IMG/VR virus record: IMGVR_UViG_3300027917_004314
Strand: one strand, 5' to 3'
Source of the DNA: a virus
Lineage: Duplodnaviria; Caudoviricetes
DNA: 64,000 nucleotides
A program made the position numbers and the translations under genes. The notes under the pieces were generated by a model, which searched no databases, was not told the origin of the DNA, and saw nothing but the letters and a program-made list of their open reading frames with translations. Below, one piece after another: positions 59,797-64,000 of the stretch. Every line of letters begins with the position of its first letter. Within the stretch, counting starts at the first letter, position 1.

Positions 59797-62670
59797 ATGG
59801 CAACCAGACGTCTAGACGTAGATGTTCCACGCGTGAATTGGTTTGATGGATTGAGCGTTACTGAAGATGATATGGATGATGAGCAAAGTAGAAATATTGG
59901 CATAGATGCCGCGACCGTGAATAATTTTTTCGGCAGCGGTGTGCTTAACCATTCTTTAGCTGATACGACATTTTTGGACACCGATTCGCTCAATTCACAG
60001 CAACAGGCGTTACTAGATGCTTATTCATTTGACGGACAAAACGTTTATATAGGTTCATCCCTTACAAGTGTATCCGACGAGGTACAGGGTGTGCAAATTG
60101 CGGTGACGCTTACAGGTGTAGATTTGGATGGAACGGAATCTACAAAAGTGTCTATCATAGGAGATGAATTTGGAGATAACCTTATTCATGATGATTTAAT
60201 ATTCCATGAAAATGGCACTCAAATAACAAGAGGTAGATATAATAACCTGCGCTCCATCATATTTAACGACTTTTCCGGCAATCTGAGGGGTAGCCGCGCC
60301 CCAGCAAGAGAGTCATCAGATGTATATGAAGAGCTGGTCGGAAGGTGTGTAGTTCGCGAAGCTCGTTCACTAGAAGTGTCACCAGATCCTATAATTGCCT
60401 CACAAATGGACCAACCAACCAGGTTTTTTAATAGTTTCTCGCCGGCACAGGTTGGTGACACTGTAAGCTCTATGCTACAGGATGCCATTGGAGCCGACAA
60501 ATCTGTTGCTGACCTTGGTATTGGATTTTTGGCAACAGCCTCTAGATCGTTAGCGCCTAATGATGTGAGCACGATGGTTGGCCAGAAATTTCTGGCTAAT
60601 GGGTCTAACATACAAAAAGTATCTATTTTGCTATCAGTGAAGGAAGATACTACTGTTCTTCCTGCCGATGCCTATAACTGGTCTGGCTCAATTACTATGA
60701 CCATATATGAACTGCAGACTGATGTGTCATGTCCGACTGACCCAGTACCAGATAATGCCGTTGATTTTGATCCAAATCCAACAATAATTACACAACTTTC
60801 ACTGGATAGTGATGACTTAGAGAAACAAGGAGTTGTGCTGACAGATGGATATGATGCATACCAAATTGTTGACTTTGTGTTTACAGGCTCTCCCGTCTCT
60901 GATCCGCTGCGGACAGCAATTGAAACCGACAGATATTATGCTATAGCAGTCCACAGGTCCGGTGACACTAGTGTGGGCACGTTGGTGTTGGCAGAAGTTC
61001 CCCACCAGGTGACACATGGATATATGATAGTATACGACGGAATCCAATGGGTAAATGTGACTGACAGTGATATGTGGTTTGCAATATATGGCGATTATGT
61101 CAAAATGGCGGATGGCATTGGATATGATGAGGGTGTTGGAGTGGAAGTTCCAAAGATTAAAGAAGACGATACCAACACAGAAGTGCCGTATGTAGAGGGG
61201 TTCCATTCATATTATACAGTGACAAGAGATGCATATAATTATGTAATTATGGAGACTCAAAACGAGTTTTCTGACCCCGTGCAAGATCAGAGAACCGGCA
61301 ATAATGTTTACTCTAGAATTACTCCTATGCCGTCGTTTTCGCTTAACAGTTCTTCACAGCTTTCATCCCTTTTGGTGTCAGAACCATCTCCTGTAATGCT
61401 GGCGTGTGCAAGAGATCAGAATGCCAGGGGCAACCCTGCTTCCATCACTGGCACAATGGATTTGATTGGATTAGTAACTAGCAATGAGCTTAATATGTTA
61501 AACCCCGATGCGGATCTGTTAAATAATAATTTGGTGGGCTCTACGATAAAACCGGATAGTGCTGGGTGTACTACAGAATACAGGATTATAAGTGCTACTG
61601 AAGTCGACGATGCTTATGGCGATACAAACGGTGACGGCGAAATAGGCACAAACGATTACACACTTATAGATGATTGGCTGAGCAAATATAATGTTTATTT
61701 AATAACACTGCCGGTTGGTTATCAGAAAATAAGTGCATCAGATGCATATTTCCAAGGTGAAATTGCGGACGGAGAGCTAGATGTGTTGCAACTGCTCAGG
61801 GCTGATGTAAATGACGATGGTTATGTTGGGGCCGATGACTCTGCACTAATACAATCTTTTGTAAATAGAGAGATTTCAACGTTTCCGGCAGGGTCTACAT
61901 TTCCAAGATTGAATATAAAAGTCGAAAGCATACTTGATCCGCTTACTACAAGCGTGAATATCCCAGCTACGTGTCCTGGGTATTCTACTGCGCCATATAG
62001 CGTTTTGACCTGGGAGATAGATTATTTCGCCACATGGATACCAGATTTGTTAGTTGTACAGGACACCAGAAGAGAAATGCCAACCACTTTTACTGATGAT
62101 GTTGCGGCATGTGATGGTGGAAAAAATAATTTCTTTGTGCCGGGAGATCTGGTAATTGGTGAGCTGCAACTTAACCCAGACGGGACACATTATTCTGTAG
62201 ATTTCGAAATGAATCATTTGTCGTTAGATATTCCAATCACGGATTCATATGGTAACGCAACTTTTGTCGATGGCTATACAGGAATACTATTGTTTGACAA
62301 TTTTGTGGCCGAAACTTCAAACGGAAAAACGTTTTCTGGTTTTGATGCAATGAAATACGCTGATGGTACATATGTGCAGTTGACTGATTTTGCAGATGGT
62401 AAAGTTAAAATTGCTCCGTGTATACAATCAACAGCCAACGGCTTTGACGCACCTTTTGGTAGTATAATAGAAGATATTGTCGGAATGTATTATGACCCTG
62501 CTACGTCGCTAATGACTTTATACCTCGATAATCTTTTCGATGATGGTTATGAATCACGTCCAGCGCTTAGTACAAAAATTCTTGTATCGGTATATCTAAA
62601 AAGGGCTGGGTTTAAAAATGACACAAGAACGGTAACTATGGGCCAAATGAGAACATTGCTCGACATATAA
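59797..62670 (+). CDS. Baseplate/fibre connector protein with a dockerin-like domain
   Basis: RVNWFDGLSVTEDDMDDEQ N-terminus; paired loops GDTNGDGEIGTND and ADVNDDGYVGADD. Confidence 0.65.
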   Translation: MATRRLDVDVPRVNWFDGLSVTEDDMDDEQSRNIGIDAATVNNFFGSGVLNHSLADTTFLDTDSLNSQQQALLDAYSFDGQNVYIGSSLTSVSDEVQGVQIAVTLTGVDLDGTESTKVSIIGDEFGDNLIHDDLIFHENGTQITRGRYNNLRSIIFNDFSGNLRGSRAPARESSDVYEELVGRCVVREARSLEVSPDPIIASQMDQPTRFFNSFSPAQVGDTVSSMLQDAIGADKSVADLGIGFLATASRSLAPNDVSTMVGQKFLANGSNIQKVSILLSVKEDTTVLPADAYNWSGSITMTIYELQTDVSCPTDPVPDNAVDFDPNPTIITQLSLDSDDLEKQGVVLTDGYDAYQIVDFVFTGSPVSDPLRTAIETDRYYAIAVHRSGDTSVGTLVLAEVPHQVTHGYMIVYDGIQWVNVTDSDMWFAIYGDYVKMADGIGYDEGVGVEVPKIKEDDTNTEVPYVEGFHSYYTVTRDAYNYVIMETQNEFSDPVQDQRTGNNVYSRITPMPSFSLNSSSQLSSLLVSEPSPVMLACARDQNARGNPASITGTMDLIGLVTSNELNMLNPDADLLNNNLVGSTIKPDSAGCTTEYRIISATEVDDAYGDTNGDGEIGTNDYTLIDDWLSKYNVYLITLPVGYQKISASDAYFQGEIADGELDVLQLLRADVNDDGYVGADDSALIQSFVNREISTFPAGSTFPRLNIKVESILDPLTTSVNIPATCPGYSTAPYSVLTWEIDYFATWIPDLLVVQDTRREMPTTFTDDVAACDGGKNNFFVPGDLVIGELQLNPDGTHYSVDFEMNHLSLDIPITDSYGNATFVDGYTGILLFDNFVAETSNGKTFSGFDAMKYADGTYVQLTDFADGKVKIAPCIQSTANGFDAPFGSIIEDIVGMYYDPATSLMTLYLDNLFDDGYESRPALSTKILVSVYLKRAGFKNDTRTVTMGQMRTLLDI

Positions 62671-62686
62671 TTCGGAGGTTTAAGAG

Positions 62687-64000
62687 ATGGTAACTGCATC
62701 TATAGTAATTTCGCAGGCCGGTAACCCGCCACCTGGTGGTTATGTTAGCGGCAGCAGAACAGACCTAGATACATCTGGGTTGGTAACTTTAACTAATGAG
62801 GATAATACTGGCGTTATATCATGGACATGGAAACTTATATCTATACCTGATGGTTCCTCGGTATCTTTATCTGGCGGCGCCACTTCTACGGCCACTTTTA
62901 CACCAGATGTAGATGGCTCATATTTGATACAACTTGCTGTAAACGGACATATTAAAGCTAGAGCAGTGGGCTCTGTTTTAACGTCTAATAATATTAGACT
63001 TATTGCGCGTGGAGAAACAGATGAGGTCGAAGGTAGCTGGACTCAGGCTGTGAACAACAATTTTGTTTTGTTAGAGGCGCTCGGCGCTGGTGGTGTTGGG
63101 GCACATGCTCTTGGTGGTTCAGTGCATACTGCCGATTCGCTTGCTGACCTTAATTCGAAAATTTCGGATGCTACACTGGATGATTCTAGTAATTCTAGAC
63201 CACCATCTGGCTCTGCGGGAGGACAGTTGGGCGGGACATATCCTAACCCAGACGTGCGTGGTATAAGGGAAACTAGTGGACCAACTTTGTTGACCATTGG
63301 TTCCATTGCAGATGGAGAGGTGCTGACAAGAAGTGGTTCTACTCTCACTAGTACCGCTGGCGGAGGTGCTGGTAACACTCTCGATCAGGCCTATGATGAG
63401 GGCGGCGGCGGAGTAGGCAGATCAATTACTGTAGATTCTGGCCCAGTTTTTATGGATGCTAGTGGTGCTGGAGCACTACAACTTGATGGATATCTTACCA
63501 TAAAAGAAATATCATCGCCAAGCGCATTAGGATCAAGCGGTCTTGTATACTCTAAAGACGTCTCATCAATTTCTGAACTGTTTTATATGGATGACGGTGG
63601 CCAAGAAATACAAATTACTGATAATGGCTCTGTTGTTGGCGGAGGTGCTGGTAATACACTTAATCAAGCTTATGATCAGGGAGGAGCGGGTGCTGGTAGG
63701 TCAATCACAGTGGATGCCGGCCCAGTTTTTATGGATGCTAGTGGTGCTGGAGCATTACAACTTGATGGATATCTTACCATAAAAGAAATATCATCGCCAA
63801 GTGCATTAGGATCAAGCGGTCTTGTATATTCCAAAGACGTCTCATCAATTTCTGAACTGTTTTATATGGATGACGGCGGGCAGGAAATACAAATTACCAG
63901 TAATGGAGCGGTGTCTGGTGGTGGTGGTGGCGGAGACGGATATGGTGACAGATTCTTAATTTTTTCTGATGATACAGAATTTACAGAAACAAGTAGCAGC
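62687..64000 (+). CDS. Tail fibre protein, 3'-truncated by the window edge
   Basis: GGAGG precedes ATG 62687 and the frame stays open to the end. PKD-like WTWKLISIPDGS...TFTPDVDGSYLIQL, Gly-rich hinges. Not in the ORF track. Confidence 0.85.
   Translation, partial: MVTASIVISQAGNPPPGGYVSGSRTDLDTSGLVTLTNEDNTGVISWTWKLISIPDGSSVSLSGGATSTATFTPDVDGSYLIQLAVNGHIKARAVGSVLTSNNIRLIARGETDEVEGSWTQAVNNNFVLLEALGAGGVGAHALGGSVHTADSLADLNSKISDATLDDSSNSRPPSGSAGGQLGGTYPNPDVRGIRETSGPTLLTIGSIADGEVLTRSGSTLTSTAGGGAGNTLDQAYDEGGGGVGRSITVDSGPVFMDASGAGALQLDGYLTIKEISSPSALGSSGLVYSKDVSSISELFYMDDGGQEIQITDNGSVVGGGAGNTLNQAYDQGGAGAGRSITVDAGPVFMDASGAGALQLDGYLTIKEISSPSALGSSGLVYSKDVSSISELFYMDDGGQEIQITSNGAVSGGGGGGDGYGDRFLIFSDDTEFTETSSS
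63359..63916 (+). repeat. Near-identical tandem 279-nt (93-aa) coding duplication in the tail fibre
   Basis: GGGAGNTL.QAYD.GG.G.GRSITVD.GPVFMDASGAGALQLDGYLTIKEISSPSALGSSGLVYSKDVSSISELFYMDDGGQEIQIT occurs twice. Confidence 0.9.

Noticed and set aside
30684-62670. Extracellular contractile injection system or tailocin rather than a phage
   Set aside because: A major capsid protein, decoration protein and neck genes are in the same operon-like run.
63359-63916. Diversity-generating retroelement template/variable repeat pair
   Set aside because: Mismatches are mostly C/T and synonymous rather than adenine-specific, both copies are in frame in one gene, and no reverse transcriptase is present in the window.
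3618-64000. DGY as ordinary DxDxDG calcium-binding repeats
   Set aside because: Most occurrences lack the upstream alternating Asp residues. Only the dockerin-like loop and a few others fit that pattern, so it cannot explain the enrichment.
1-64000. tRNA or rRNA genes, inteins, further introns, IS elements
   Set aside because: No cloverleaf, rRNA, intein splice-junction or transposase signatures were recognised by eye, and the remaining intergenic gaps (under 180 nt) lack group I core elements. tRNAscan-SE, Infernal and intein HMM searches would be needed to exclude them.

Overview
This 64 kb window is a continuous, almost entirely plus-strand morphogenesis region of a large contractile-tailed (myovirus-type) dsDNA virus, probably a jumbo bacteriophage, read in the standard genetic code. 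Gene order: three putative internal-head/ejection proteins, head decoration protein, HK97-type major capsid protein, a block of small accessory genes, large head/neck-associated fibre proteins, head-tail adaptor and head-closure proteins, metallopeptidase, holin-like protein, a beta-helix fibre, tail terminator, sheath, two tube paralogs, a frameshifted chaperone pair, tape measure, hub, spike, baseplate wedge proteins and a tail fibre that runs off the right edge. Terminase, portal and prohead protease were not recognised in the window. Product calls come from motif recognition and gene order, not database searches. Main observations: (1) the tripeptide Asp-Gly-Tyr occurs about 51 times (manual count) across 16 mostly unrelated genes, nearly all predicted outer virion proteins, but not in the capsid, tubes, tape measure, hub or spike, which suggests a virion-wide modification or docking motif; (2) a 254-nt ORF-less group IA-like intron splits a cold-shock protein gene that the ORF track misses, with an intact free-standing HNH gene 0.7 kb downstream; (3) a candidate late promoter CTATCAATA; (4) a -1 frameshift in the tail chaperone; (5) a dockerin-like domain in a baseplate protein and a catalytically degenerate antisense HNH-like gene.
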